Source of the DNA: a virus
Lineage: Duplodnaviria; Caudoviricetes
Length of the DNA stretch: 64,000 nt
IMG/VR virus record: IMGVR_UViG_3300038443_002533
Location: 32,001 to 96,000 of that record
Reading direction: 5' to 3' (one strand)
Shown here piece by piece: positions 27,009-36,553 of the stretch. The position numbers and the translations under genes were made by a program. A model generated the notes under the pieces. That model ran no database searches and was not told where the DNA came from. It worked only from the letters and a program-made list of their open reading frames with translations. The stretch's first letter is position 1, and every line of letters begins with the position of its first letter.

Positions 27009-27027
27009 GTTGTTCTTCCAGGAGAAA

Positions 27028-28122
27028 TTAAAGAGAGCCAAGAATCTCGTTGATCGCATTCATGGCGGGGGTGTGTAACGGCTTGGGTAAGGTCGCATCC
27101 AATACCCGTTGATTCTTCAAGCGGATCAACAGGGTGGAGACATCGGCCAAACCAGCTTGATTGCGGATGCGCCCTGTCTTTTTGGCAATGCGTGTCATGA
27201 ATAACAACATCGGCAACCGCGCCAAAATCACGGACCATAGAATTTGTCGGGTCGGCGCCACATCCGGCACATACATCACTTCCCGCATGTCGGGGAAGGT
27301 CACGGCAGGGATAGCGGCGAGCAGTTGCCTAGCGTTATAATCCGAGTTCTCCAAGATGGTGAGCAAACGCTTGAGGACCGTGTCCACTTGGCGGGTGTAG
27401 TTCGGCAGGTGCACCACATCACGCGTGGGCAACATCATCATCGGAGTTTGGTTGAACAGATGGTCGATTCGGTTAAACACTGCGTAGTCCAGATAACTCT
27501 CCAGCATATTCGGTAACACGAACATGTGGATGAATTGCATGGTGTTGCGCTGCACGTAATCGGGATTGGCAGTTTGCTTTCGCTGTTCACTCAAACGAAA
27601 TGCCCGGTGTTGCACGGCCAACAAACTCACGTTCACAGCGATCACAGCCACCCCATGGTGCGGGCTGACAAACCGACCGTTGGGCACTTGCAAGGTTACG
27701 TGGGGAAACGGATGACGGACCACCCGTACCGGCGTAGCATCGGCCCAATGGTCTTCGACATGCTGATAGTCAAAGTCTTCATCGAAGGCAATCACCACTT
27801 CGGCGGTGTGCTTATTAAAGAACACCCCTTTAAAGAGTTGTCCTTCGCCAAACGGGGTGGTGAACTGCAAACTGTTGGCCACACTCAAGGCATTGATACT
27901 GACGTTGCTGTAATAGCGATCACTGGGTAAGCTTAACGGTACGCTTAACGACTGCAAGAATTTGACGAGCAGATGGTCACTGGCCACGCTATAGCTGGCG
28001 TGACGATAGTGTTGCAGCAAGGTGATGAGATTTCGCTTCAAGCCATCTTGCACCGCTTTCCATTCAGGCAGTCGCGCTACGCCGTATTCTTTCTTGGGGT
28101 CGACATTCACGAGGCTATACAT
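27028..28122 (-). CDS. Conserved phiKZ-like virion protein (gp52-like position)
   Basis: 364 aa, divergent from chimallin as in phiKZ-like genomes. Confidence 0.6.
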   Translation of the reverse strand: MYSLVNVDPKKEYGVARLPEWKAVQDGLKRNLITLLQHYRHASYSVASDHLLVKFLQSLSVPLSLPSDRYYSNVSINALSVANSLQFTTPFGEGQLFKGVFFNKHTAEVVIAFDEDFDYQHVEDHWADATPVRVVRHPFPHVTLQVPNGRFVSPHHGVAVIAVNVSLLAVQHRAFRLSEQRKQTANPDYVQRNTMQFIHMFVLPNMLESYLDYAVFNRIDHLFNQTPMMMLPTRDVVHLPNYTRQVDTVLKRLLTILENSDYNARQLLAAIPAVTFPDMREVMYVPDVAPTRQILWSVILARLPMLLFMTRIAKKTGRIRNQAGLADVSTLLIRLKNQRVLDATLPKPLHTPAMNAINEILGSL

Positions 28123-28363
28123 AGGCGAGACTCATCGTGGAAATAGGAAAGAGAGGGTGGAGGTGACATACGATTGCCATCCGGATTCGCATTACAAAAA
28201 TACTTCGAGATGGTATCGCTTGAGCGAGGGATGTAAACTCGGGACGATGTGAAAGGGATAACATGCAAAAGTAAAAAAATACGTCACGTACCCCATTGTA
28301 TAGTGGAAAACGCGAACAGCGTCCCACAGTTCGTATTGCAGTATGCTCTCAGAAATCTGGCGC

Positions 28364-28387
28364 TAAAACATTTTAGCACTATATCAC
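28364..28387 (+). promoter_or_regulatory. Early-type promoter of chimallin
   Basis: TAAAACATTT-N6-TATATCAC followed by TAAA. Confidence 0.7.
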
Positions 28388-28472
28388 TAAACTGATCACC
28401 CAGGAAAGTGGTCAATAAACAGTTTGTTTGCGCAAACAAATTACAACAACTTGTACAAAAAAGGAAATAAGC

Positions 28473-30482
28473 ATGAAAGGTACTCAAGTCACGGGCTCCA
28501 CCAACACCCAGCAAACCGCAGGTCAGCCGAACGATCTGTACGGTGGCGCAGCGCAAGCTTCGCAGGGTCAAGGTCAAGCCAACTACCAGACGCCGCCGCA
28601 ACCGCAAGGTGCACCGGTCGGCGGTCAACGTCAAGCCGGCGCCGGCCTGCTGTTCCGCGGCGGCGCACTCAACCAGGGCCGTGACAACAACGGCCGCGAC
28701 CTGGGCGAGCTGACCAAGAAGATGCAGGACTTCTACGAAAAGGAGAAGGACAACGAACTGGTGGGCTGGAACGTCCGCGTGGTGCCGATGGCGCGTGATG
28801 CCATCAACACGGCACAGAGCGGCTACAGCAACAAGATCGCGATGATCCTGGTGATCGCCGACCGCGGCGACAACCGCGCAGCGTACCACACGCTGCTGCT
28901 GGCTTCCGACATGGCACCGGCCCCGGCCACCCGCGGCAACGACCTGTACGGCAGCTACGGCCAAGACCGCGTCACCGCACCGCGCACCCCGGCCACCCTG
29001 GCCGACGATGCCCTGGCCACGGTGATCCGTCAACGCGTCGGTCAGCTGATGCCGCAAGCCGAGATCTTCTCGGCCGACTGGAGCCAAGTCCCGACCAACT
29101 TCAAGATCGACGATCCGTACAAGGTCGCCAGCATCTTCATGAACGCGATCCGTGCCTGCGCCTGCGAACTGGAAACCAAAACGCCGGGCTTCAAGTTCAG
29201 CCGTCTGGCCGACGTCGCTGCCGACAGCTCCTCGCTGCTGGTCGACTCGATTCACCTGAACCAAGACCAAGCCAACCCGCCGGTCGAAGCGTTCGACGCC
29301 GCTGGCCTGCCGATCCGTGCTGAAATCGTGTCGGACTTCCGTTCGGAACAGCAACGCCAGGGCGGCGCCCAGCAGGACAAGACCGAGAACACCGCGGGCG
29401 TGATGGAAATCGGTCGCGTGCTGGCCTACACCTCGCTCAACATCGATCCGGTCGCCGGCCGTCGCAACCGCTACGTCGTGGGTGGCAACCAAGGCAACTC
29501 GAACGACACCCAGGAATACTCGGGCGAGATCACCATCTCGGGCTTCGACGCCGGCGTCCTGCCGGACCTGGGCAACGTGCTGCTGCTGATCTCGACGATG
29601 CTGCCGCTGTTCGACCAACAGAAGTACGGTCCGCAGTGGTTGCGCAGCTTCCTGCCGGCGCATCTGCAACTGCATGGCGGCCCGGGCCGTTCGAACTTCC
29701 GTCCGCGTGACCTGGGCGCGACCAACTTCGACTACGGTGCCAAGATCGGCGACGCCGTGGGTCCGTTCCCGACCCACGAAGCCAGCTTCGGCAATGACGA
29801 GTTCTACCGCCTGGTGAACTTCATCATGCAGCCGTATCCGGCCTTCTCGATCGACGTGCCGGTGGCAGGTGCCGATACCTGGTTCCTGCGCGTGTTCGCC
29901 GAAGCCACCGAAGTCGACGGCGCTCGCCAAGCCATCATCAACGCGATGGATGCGATGACCGAGAACCGCTTCAGCGCGATCTTCAACCAGACGGCGTCGC
30001 GCCAGATCGTCCTGCCGCGCACCGAGCGCGTGCTGAACGGTTACTACACCGACGACCAGGGCCGCGTGCGTGACCTGCGCGAAATCGATATGCTGTACCT
30101 GCTCAACGCCAAAGGCCACGAGCAGCCGGATATCGCCAAGCGCTGGGCCAACACCTTCGGTGGCAGCAACGACTACCAGCTGGCCGAGCGTCTCAAGCTG
30201 ATCGAAATGGTGGTGCACCCGACGGTCACCGGCATCTCGATCCACAAGACGTTCCACCCGGACTTCCTGGTGGCGATGGACCAATCCATCGCGCAGTCGC
30301 AGTTCCAGCCGAAGATCGTGATCCCGGACTCGGACGACCGCATGACCGTGCGTCAATCGGCCGGCCTGGCACAAGCCGGTGCCCTGGTGGCGAACTTCCA
30401 CACCACCATGTTCACCAGCGCGCCGAGCTACACCGGCAATACCGCAGGTTACCGCGGTATGGCCCACACGCGCGTGTACTGA
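28473..30482 (+). CDS. chmA: Chimallin, major phage nuclear-shell protein (phiKZ gp54-like)
   Basis: About 669 aa; strong codon bias; disordered Q/G-rich N-terminus; directly upstream of the nvRNAP beta-prime gene; AAGGAA RBS before ATG 28473. Confidence 0.8.
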   Translation: MKGTQVTGSTNTQQTAGQPNDLYGGAAQASQGQGQANYQTPPQPQGAPVGGQRQAGAGLLFRGGALNQGRDNNGRDLGELTKKMQDFYEKEKDNELVGWNVRVVPMARDAINTAQSGYSNKIAMILVIADRGDNRAAYHTLLLASDMAPAPATRGNDLYGSYGQDRVTAPRTPATLADDALATVIRQRVGQLMPQAEIFSADWSQVPTNFKIDDPYKVASIFMNAIRACACELETKTPGFKFSRLADVAADSSSLLVDSIHLNQDQANPPVEAFDAAGLPIRAEIVSDFRSEQQRQGGAQQDKTENTAGVMEIGRVLAYTSLNIDPVAGRRNRYVVGGNQGNSNDTQEYSGEITISGFDAGVLPDLGNVLLLISTMLPLFDQQKYGPQWLRSFLPAHLQLHGGPGRSNFRPRDLGATNFDYGAKIGDAVGPFPTHEASFGNDEFYRLVNFIMQPYPAFSIDVPVAGADTWFLRVFAEATEVDGARQAIINAMDAMTENRFSAIFNQTASRQIVLPRTERVLNGYYTDDQGRVRDLREIDMLYLLNAKGHEQPDIAKRWANTFGGSNDYQLAERLKLIEMVVHPTVTGISIHKTFHPDFLVAMDQSIAQSQFQPKIVIPDSDDRMTVRQSAGLAQAGALVANFHTTMFTSAPSYTGNTAGYRGMAHTRVY

Positions 30483-30504
30483 TCGAGCAGCACTGTACTA
30501 AGAG

Positions 30505-30539
30505 AAAAAGTGAGGCCCTTGCGGGTCTCACTTTTTTTT
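30505..30539 (+). terminator. Classical intrinsic terminator after chmA
   Basis: AAAAAGTGAGGCCC-TTGC-GGGTCTCACTTTTTTTT. Confidence 0.85.
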
Positions 30540-30602
30540 CTTTAGGCAGACAAACCAGGGCTGTCAGTCATTATTTATTCTCTTGATTAAAAGAGGTGTA
30601 TC

Positions 30603-31886
30603 ATCGGTACTTATCTGCGTCTCGTCAGCCATGACGAATTGTGGAACCAACGCTCGCACCGTGATCCGATCATCATCAATGAATTCCAAGAGTGTTCGCA
30701 CGACGCACTCAAGGCGTTCAAAGAAAAGATCTTCACCCGGTACCAGCCCAACGACGTATTGACCAATACCCCCCGCTGCGATTGTCCGGAAGGGCCCCGT
30801 GGCAAGAAGTACCTCGGCGTGATCTGCGAGCACTGTAACAAACCGGTGGTGAACGTGCGCGATCAGAAGCTCGAATCGATCGTGTGGTTGCGGCAACCCA
30901 CCAATGTCGCCCCGTTGATCAACCCACGGGTGTGGACGATTCTCTCCAATCACTTCAAGAAAGGACGATTCAACATCATCCAGTGGTTGTGTGATACCAA
31001 GTACCCGGTGCCGGACAAACCACCCAAGATCTTCGCCCAGTTGATTGCCATGGGCTTGGACAAAGAGCGCGGGTATAACAACTTCGTGCGCAAGTTCGAC
31101 GAGATCATCAGTAAGCTGCTCACGATCAGTGACTTCCGGAAGAAGAAACAAGACAACCCGAATGAAGTGCACCACATCGTCAAGTTCTTGCAGATGAACC
31201 GCGGCAAGATCTTCTCCAAGTACATGGCGTTGCCGAACAAAACCTTGTTGGTGGTGGAAGACACTGACATGGCGGTGTACGTCGATTCGAACGTGCCGAT
31301 TGCGATCGACGCGATTGAATCCTTGATCGGCTTGGATGATCCGCTGAATGGCTACACCGATTCGGTGAAGCAGAACCGGGTGGTGCGGGCCATTGCCAAC
31401 ATGGCCACGTATTACGAGGAATTCAACAAGAAGTCGTTCTCGTCGAAGGAGGGCATCTCACGGAAACACTTGGCGGCTACGCGTTGCGACTGGTCGGCCC
31501 GTGCGGTGATCACCAAGCTGCCGGTGCAGCACTACCACCGCGAGTTGCACATCCCGTGGGGCGTCGGGGTGGGGCTGCTGCGTTTGCACTTGGCCCGCAA
31601 GCTGAAAGACCGTGGCTGGTTGCCGAATGAAATCTGGCGCTTCCTCAACCGCTATGCCAGCGAGTACAATCCGCTGCTGGATCAGTTGTTCCAGGAACTG
31701 ATCAGTGAATCGCGGCACGAACTGATCGAAGGTTCGGGTCTGCGTGGCCTGCCAGCGATCTTCCAGCGTAATCCGTCGCTCGGCCTGGGTTCGATGCAGA
31801 TGCTGTTCATCACCCGTGTCAAGCCGGATCCGGCCGATCAAACGATCTCGTTGTCTGACTTGATCGTTCGTGGCTTCAATGCTGAT
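30603..31886 (+). CDS. Non-virion RNAP beta-prime N-terminal subunit, exon 1 (phiKZ gp55-like)
   Basis: Zn-finger PRCDC...CEHC, RCDWSARAVI and FQRNPSL motifs; ends in GFNAD; start inferred at ATC 30603 behind AAGAGG. Confidence 0.88.
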
Positions 31887-33097
31887 TGCCCAATAAGCAA
31901 CAATTTCTGTAATACATCGCCCTTCGTAAAGAAAGGATATGCATGGAGTATAAAGGCGATGTTGAAAGTAAAGAATACCCTGGATTCTATTTGGTTCCAA
32001 GTTTTTCGCACACCTACATTAACGTTGATGGCAAAGTAATCGATCAGGATAAGCAACTCTGTCGATTACCGCTCTTGGTGGATTGGGGCTATCTGCAAAT
32101 ATACGCAGAGAAACGAACGATCTTTGTTCACCGATTGCTCGCCATGACATTTTTGGAAACTCCAGATTCTATCGAAGGATTGCAAGTTAATCACATCGAC
32201 GGTGTGAAAGCGAACAATGCGATTTCGAATTTGGAATGGGTTACGAGAAGTGAGAACTGTCTGCACGCGTATCAAACAGGCTTGCGTGATGAAAACACGC
32301 CAGTTCTGGTAAAGGATTTGTACGATGGATCAGTTACCAGGTACTATAGCCTACACGCATGCGCCAGAGCGTTCAACGTGTTGCCAGAAGTAGTGTTCAA
32401 CCACCTGAGAGACTACAACTACGGTAAGATCTCGTGGAAACATTACGTTCTTATTCGAGAAGGTCAGGAATGGCCAACGATCGATGAAGATTTAATTGGT
32501 TCACATCGGAACGGTTACCCCAAATGCATTGGTGCTGTGCACCAAGAGCATAAGAAGATCATGATCTTCGATAGCATCGGTGATGCGTCGGAGTATTTTG
32601 GTTGGAAAAACAATACGCTAGGAATGCACATGCGTCGCTATGGTTCAAGACCGCGCGATGGATGGACGTTCTGGTTTATTGAAGGGGAAAAATGGTACAA
32701 CAAACAGGGTGAAGTATTTACAGGAATTGTTGAATAAACAGTCCTACTCGCTAGAAATGGCGAGCTAGTATCTCCTTAATTGCTGGAAACTCTCGTTAGA
32801 CCAATGAGCTACAACGTAACTGGAAACAGTAAGCGTGAATGCTTGAGAATCATTGGGTAGAGACAATCAGCAGCGAAGTTCCTAATGGATTTACGTAACC
32901 AATCGTAGTGATATCCTAAGGAAAACGTTCAACGACTAACCCGTAGCGGGGTGTAGGGTCTCAAGCGAGATTCGAAATAGGAGACACCTAAACTCAAAAA
33001 AGAGTAGGTGAAGATATAGTCTGCTCCCCATGGAGACATGGGGCGGGTGTCTGAGCACACCGAGTGAGGAGATAAAGCGACCTCACTGGACACTAGG
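31887..33097 (+). mobile_element. Group I self-splicing intron with homing endonuclease
   Basis: P AATTGCTGGAAAC (32778), Q AATCAGCAGC (32865), R GTTCAACGACTA (32927), S AAGATATAGTCT (33011); exon 1 ends in U and the intron ends in G; splicing restores NADYDGD. Confidence 0.9.
31943..32737 (+). CDS. Intron-encoded HNH homing endonuclease (I-HmuI/NUMOD-like)
   Basis: VHRLLAMTF...VNHIDGVKANNAISNLEWVT..EN; own AAAGGA RBS; visibly more AT-rich than the flanking exons. Confidence 0.9.
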   Translation: MEYKGDVESKEYPGFYLVPSFSHTYINVDGKVIDQDKQLCRLPLLVDWGYLQIYAEKRTIFVHRLLAMTFLETPDSIEGLQVNHIDGVKANNAISNLEWVTRSENCLHAYQTGLRDENTPVLVKDLYDGSVTRYYSLHACARAFNVLPEVVFNHLRDYNYGKISWKHYVLIREGQEWPTIDEDLIGSHRNGYPKCIGAVHQEHKKIMIFDSIGDASEYFGWKNNTLGMHMRRYGSRPRDGWTFWFIEGEKWYNKQGEVFTGIVE

Positions 33098-33337
33098 TAT
33101 GACGGCGATGAGATGAATCTCACGTTGTTGTTGGACGACTACATGGCCAGCCGCTTCGAAGCCATGGCACCGTACCGCAGCACGATGTCCACTGCACGCC
33201 CCCGTGAAATTTCGGGTAATCTGTCCAAAACCAAACCATGGATTTCAACCGCAGCGAATTTCATTGAGGCAGCCCCCAACCTGCCCGTGGATCCGGAAAT
33301 CTATCAGCGGATGATGGCTTTGCCCGATGCAGCGTAA
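33098..33337 (+). CDS. nvRNAP beta-prime subunit, exon 2 (phiKZ gp56.1-like)
   Basis: Begins YDGDEMN, completing the catalytic triad; the ORF track captured only its internal ATG at 33113. Confidence 0.88.
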   Translation, partial: YDGDEMNLTLLLDDYMASRFEAMAPYRSTMSTARPREISGNLSKTKPWISTAANFIEAAPNLPVDPEIYQRMMALPDAA

Positions 33338-33368
33338 CGTGTAACACTTAAAAGGAAAGGAGTTTCAC

Positions 33369-33590
33369 ATGAGTCAAGAAGTGCAAGAGGACGGCATCGT
33401 GAAGAAGAACCAACTCAAGCAGTTCGAGGTGAAGACCTTCGAAAAGCGTACGGTGGAATTCGGCACGAGCGCGTTTCCGCTCGATCTGTATGGCGGGGAC
33501 TCCCCGTCACCGGTCGGGTACAAAATCACCGACGTGTTCGGTGGTATGGGAGTAGTTTGCAAAATCCATCCGGATGACAAGGAGCAGTAA
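33369..33590 (+). CDS. Hypothetical protein
   Basis: 73 aa; AAGGAG RBS. Confidence 0.6.
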   Translation: MSQEVQEDGIVKKNQLKQFEVKTFEKRTVEFGTSAFPLDLYGGDSPSPVGYKITDVFGGMGVVCKIHPDDKEQ

Positions 33591-34219
33591 TGGCAAGCTT
33601 GATTTACGGCGGGGAAGCAGAACTCAATCTGTTTATCGCCGGCGAGCCCCACCCAGCGATGCTGCGGTACGCCCAGGAGCAAGCCACAGCTATCGGGAGC
33701 TATATCCAACGGACCGGCAACAAATTCGCCCAAGGCGTTGTCGATGCGTACCACTCGCTGTACAGCGATGAGGCGTTGCACCGGGCTCGGGTCGGTGTGG
33801 CGCGCGTCAAGAGCTACTTCCAGGATGACCGCATTCGCCAAATCACCTCGATCTACGAGATGCAACAAGCCCAACCCATGATGCAGCGTTTCATCATGGC
33901 TGAGCCGACCATCGGGAAGATGTACGATCAAGGCCGCTGCGAAGGTTATGGTTACCCTGCCCCGTTCCCAGGACAGTACGGGGAAGACAACTATAACTGG
34001 CGTCGCGTCATGGATGGCGTGATCCAAACCCAGGAACCGACGGAAGACAACCCGCACGGTGGCTGGGAAGCGGTGACGTATCTGGAGGAACTGATGGAAG
34101 GCGACCGGAACTTGATTCTGATCGAGCAAAAATCTATCGTCAACACGTGGGAGTCGCTGAAATACTCGCTCGCACGTTCGATGGTGGACCCAGTCTCGAA
34201 GACGGGCGAAAGTCTGTAA
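33590..34219 (+). CDS. Conserved phiKZ-like protein
   Basis: 209 aa; TAATG coupling; located in the core block after the nvRNAP gene. Confidence 0.7.
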   Translation: MASLIYGGEAELNLFIAGEPHPAMLRYAQEQATAIGSYIQRTGNKFAQGVVDAYHSLYSDEALHRARVGVARVKSYFQDDRIRQITSIYEMQQAQPMMQRFIMAEPTIGKMYDQGRCEGYGYPAPFPGQYGEDNYNWRRVMDGVIQTQEPTEDNPHGGWEAVTYLEELMEGDRNLILIEQKSIVNTWESLKYSLARSMVDPVSKTGESL

Positions 34220-34225
34220 ACGTAC

Positions 34226-34264
34226 CACCCTGCCCGCTACCCAGTTGGGTAGCGGGCAGCGGTG
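34226..34264 (+). terminator. GC hairpin with CTACCC core
   Basis: CTGCCCGCTACCC-AGTT-GGGTAGCGGGCAG. Confidence 0.6.
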
Positions 34265-34307
34265 ATCGTATGAATTCTTTTTTTGTTTTCGACCCCCTGG
34301 AGGCCGT

Positions 34308-34730
34308 ATGTCGAGCATCAAACCTTATGCCAGCCTGTCGTCCAAAGGCTATATCTACAACATCGTCGAGAAGACTGACCGCTTGATGGCGGTATTCTTC
34401 GCGTCGGACGCCAATCAAGACCACCAGTTCAAAGGCACCATCGCCAACCTCTCGATCCTGCTGAAAGAATGCGGCAACGATATGCTGCGCCTGCGGGAAC
34501 GGCTGCAAGCGACCCTGGAGAACTATCTGGGCCGGATGTATGAAAACGTCGTGGTACAAGTCGATGATGATACCACCACCAACTATTCCAACCGGGTGAA
34601 TATGACCATCAAGATCATGGTCACCGAGGCGGGACAGCGTTACGATGTCGGACAAATCCTGACGCTTATAGACGGCAAATTTGAAAAAATTACGACTCTT
34701 AATAATACAGGCAAAGCCAACTATCTGTAA
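34308..34730 (+). CDS. Conserved phiKZ-like protein
   Basis: 140 aa; GGAGG RBS. Confidence 0.7.
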   Translation: MSSIKPYASLSSKGYIYNIVEKTDRLMAVFFASDANQDHQFKGTIANLSILLKECGNDMLRLRERLQATLENYLGRMYENVVVQVDDDTTTNYSNRVNMTIKIMVTEAGQRYDVGQILTLIDGKFEKITTLNNTGKANYL

Positions 34731-34742
34731 AGGAAACCCGCC

Positions 34743-35324
34743 ATGCACCTCGATCCGGTTACCCGAGATTTGACCCGCCTCATCGACGACATCGATCAAA
34801 ACTTCACCCGCGCCAGCATCAACAACGCAGTGGTGCTCGAATCGTTTTTCGTTGAAGTGTTCCTGCCGATGTTCGCCGGTGACGCCAATCCGCCGCACAA
34901 AGTCACCCCGGAAATGTGGATGAACGTCGCGCGTGGGCCGTTCAACGAAGTTACGGTGGTCAATGCCGCCAACGAAGTGTTGTTCACGGTTCCCGCCTTG
35001 TGCAGCCAAGAAGCCATCAAGCCGCTCGACGGTACGCGCCAAGACGCCCACATGCCGTCGCTATCGGGTCCGCTGCAAGCGGCCAGCATGTACGCGGGTC
35101 ATGGTCAAAACGCCGTCCAGAACTTCATCGCCCGTGAACTCACCAGCCGTGCGTTCATGTTCCGTACCAACACCATGTCGCAGCCGAACATCGAACGGTG
35201 GAACGCGATCTTCACGCGTTATAACCGCCCTCTTTTACCCACAACCGCCACTGCGGCGGCTGCCGCCACCTCCAGCCATGCCGACCATCTATCCCGAGAC
35301 AGCGACGAATTCGACCCCCTCTGA
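34743..35324 (+). CDS. Conserved phiKZ-like protein
   Basis: 193 aa; AAAGGA RBS. Confidence 0.7.
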   Translation: MHLDPVTRDLTRLIDDIDQNFTRASINNAVVLESFFVEVFLPMFAGDANPPHKVTPEMWMNVARGPFNEVTVVNAANEVLFTVPALCSQEAIKPLDGTRQDAHMPSLSGPLQAASMYAGHGQNAVQNFIARELTSRAFMFRTNTMSQPNIERWNAIFTRYNRPLLPTTATAAAAATSSHADHLSRDSDEFDPL

Positions 35325-36552
35325 CACCGCCCCGCTGCAACTGCGCCGTTTTAAAACCGGCGGGTTCTATTACGCGGTCTTCAGTGACATTCACTTTGGC
35401 CATAACCGTAATCCCGCCTCCCGTATTGCTGCCAACTGGATGTTGGCTTTACCCGATGATGCTGAGACCGCCAGCCTGGATGTGATCTTTATCGCCGGGG
35501 ATTTGTTTGATAACCTGATGATGTTCAACGACGCCGATATCTTCGAAGTCAAACTCTTCATCAGCTATCTGCTCAAACTGTGCAAAAAGCACAACATCAA
35601 GTTACGCATCCTGGAAGGCACGCCGCTGCACGATCGAGCCCAGTCCAAGTACGTGCCGATGGAAAACCAGATCAACGAGATCGGCGCGGATTTGAAGTAC
35701 ATCGACACCATCGATATCGAATACATCGAGGACCTCGGGATCCATGTGTTGTATATCCCGGATGAACCACCGGGTGGCTCGGGTCCGACGCTGCACACGG
35801 TGAAAGACTTGCTGCGCGCCCGAGGCATCGAACAAGTTGATATCGCGATCATGCACGGGTTGTTCCGCTTCCAGATCGAATACGTCGACAGTTCGATCAC
35901 CCACGACGAGCAAGAGTATCTGAAAATCGTCAAGCACAACATCAGCATCGGGCATGACCACACCGCCAAGAGCTTTGAGCAAGACGGCCATGGGATCTAT
36001 GTCCAAGGTTCGTTCGACCGCTTGGGGCATGGCTACGAAACCCCCAAAGGGCATATGCGCTTTAAGTGGATGCCGGATGGCTCGTGGCAAGTGCGCTTTA
36101 TCGAGAACACCCGCGCCATGCGCTTCGATACGCTCGATTGTACCGGCCTGTCGTTGGAAGACACGTATGCGTTGATCAACCAACGCGTCGGGGAATTACC
36201 TGACTTTTCCCATATCCGCATCAAAGCCGAAGCCGGGCATCCGGTGTTCAGTAACATGGAAGTGTTGCTGCGCATGGCGCCGCTGTTGAATTGGAAAAAG
36301 GAACCGGTACGGGACAAGACCAAAGCGATTGCGCCCGTGGCCGAAACCGATACACGTTTTGTGCCGATCCGCATCACTCCGGACAACATCGCCAGTTTGA
36401 TCTTGGAAAAGATCGCCAGCGAAGGCGCCTCTGGTGCGATTATGGACGCCTCGGTGGAGTTGCTGCAAGATCTGTTTGGCGCACCCCCAGCCCCAACTCG
36501 ACCGGCCCTCCAACCCGCTTGGGGTGATGAAGAAGATGACCTAAGGAGGTAA
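35278..36552 (+). CDS. Mre11/SbcD-like metallophosphoesterase nuclease
   Basis: SDIHFG, IAGDLFD, EGTPLHD, MHG and GHDH motifs; start reassigned to ATG 35278 because the track's 34933 start overlaps the upstream gene. Confidence 0.85.
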   Translation: MPTIYPETATNSTPSDTAPLQLRRFKTGGFYYAVFSDIHFGHNRNPASRIAANWMLALPDDAETASLDVIFIAGDLFDNLMMFNDADIFEVKLFISYLLKLCKKHNIKLRILEGTPLHDRAQSKYVPMENQINEIGADLKYIDTIDIEYIEDLGIHVLYIPDEPPGGSGPTLHTVKDLLRARGIEQVDIAIMHGLFRFQIEYVDSSITHDEQEYLKIVKHNISIGHDHTAKSFEQDGHGIYVQGSFDRLGHGYETPKGHMRFKWMPDGSWQVRFIENTRAMRFDTLDCTGLSLEDTYALINQRVGELPDFSHIRIKAEAGHPVFSNMEVLLRMAPLLNWKKEPVRDKTKAIAPVAETDTRFVPIRITPDNIASLILEKIASEGASGAIMDASVELLQDLFGAPPAPTRPALQPAWGDEEDDLRR

Positions 36553-36553
36553 G

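Noticed and set aside
31887-32039. In-frame continuation of the nvRNAP ORF to 32039 (CPISNNF...)
   Set aside because: This is read-through into intron sequence; the conserved protein resumes at 33098.
31887-33097. Group II intron as an alternative identity
   Set aside because: There is no GUGYG 5-prime end, domain V or AY 3-prime end, and the P/Q/R/S elements and terminal G fit group I.
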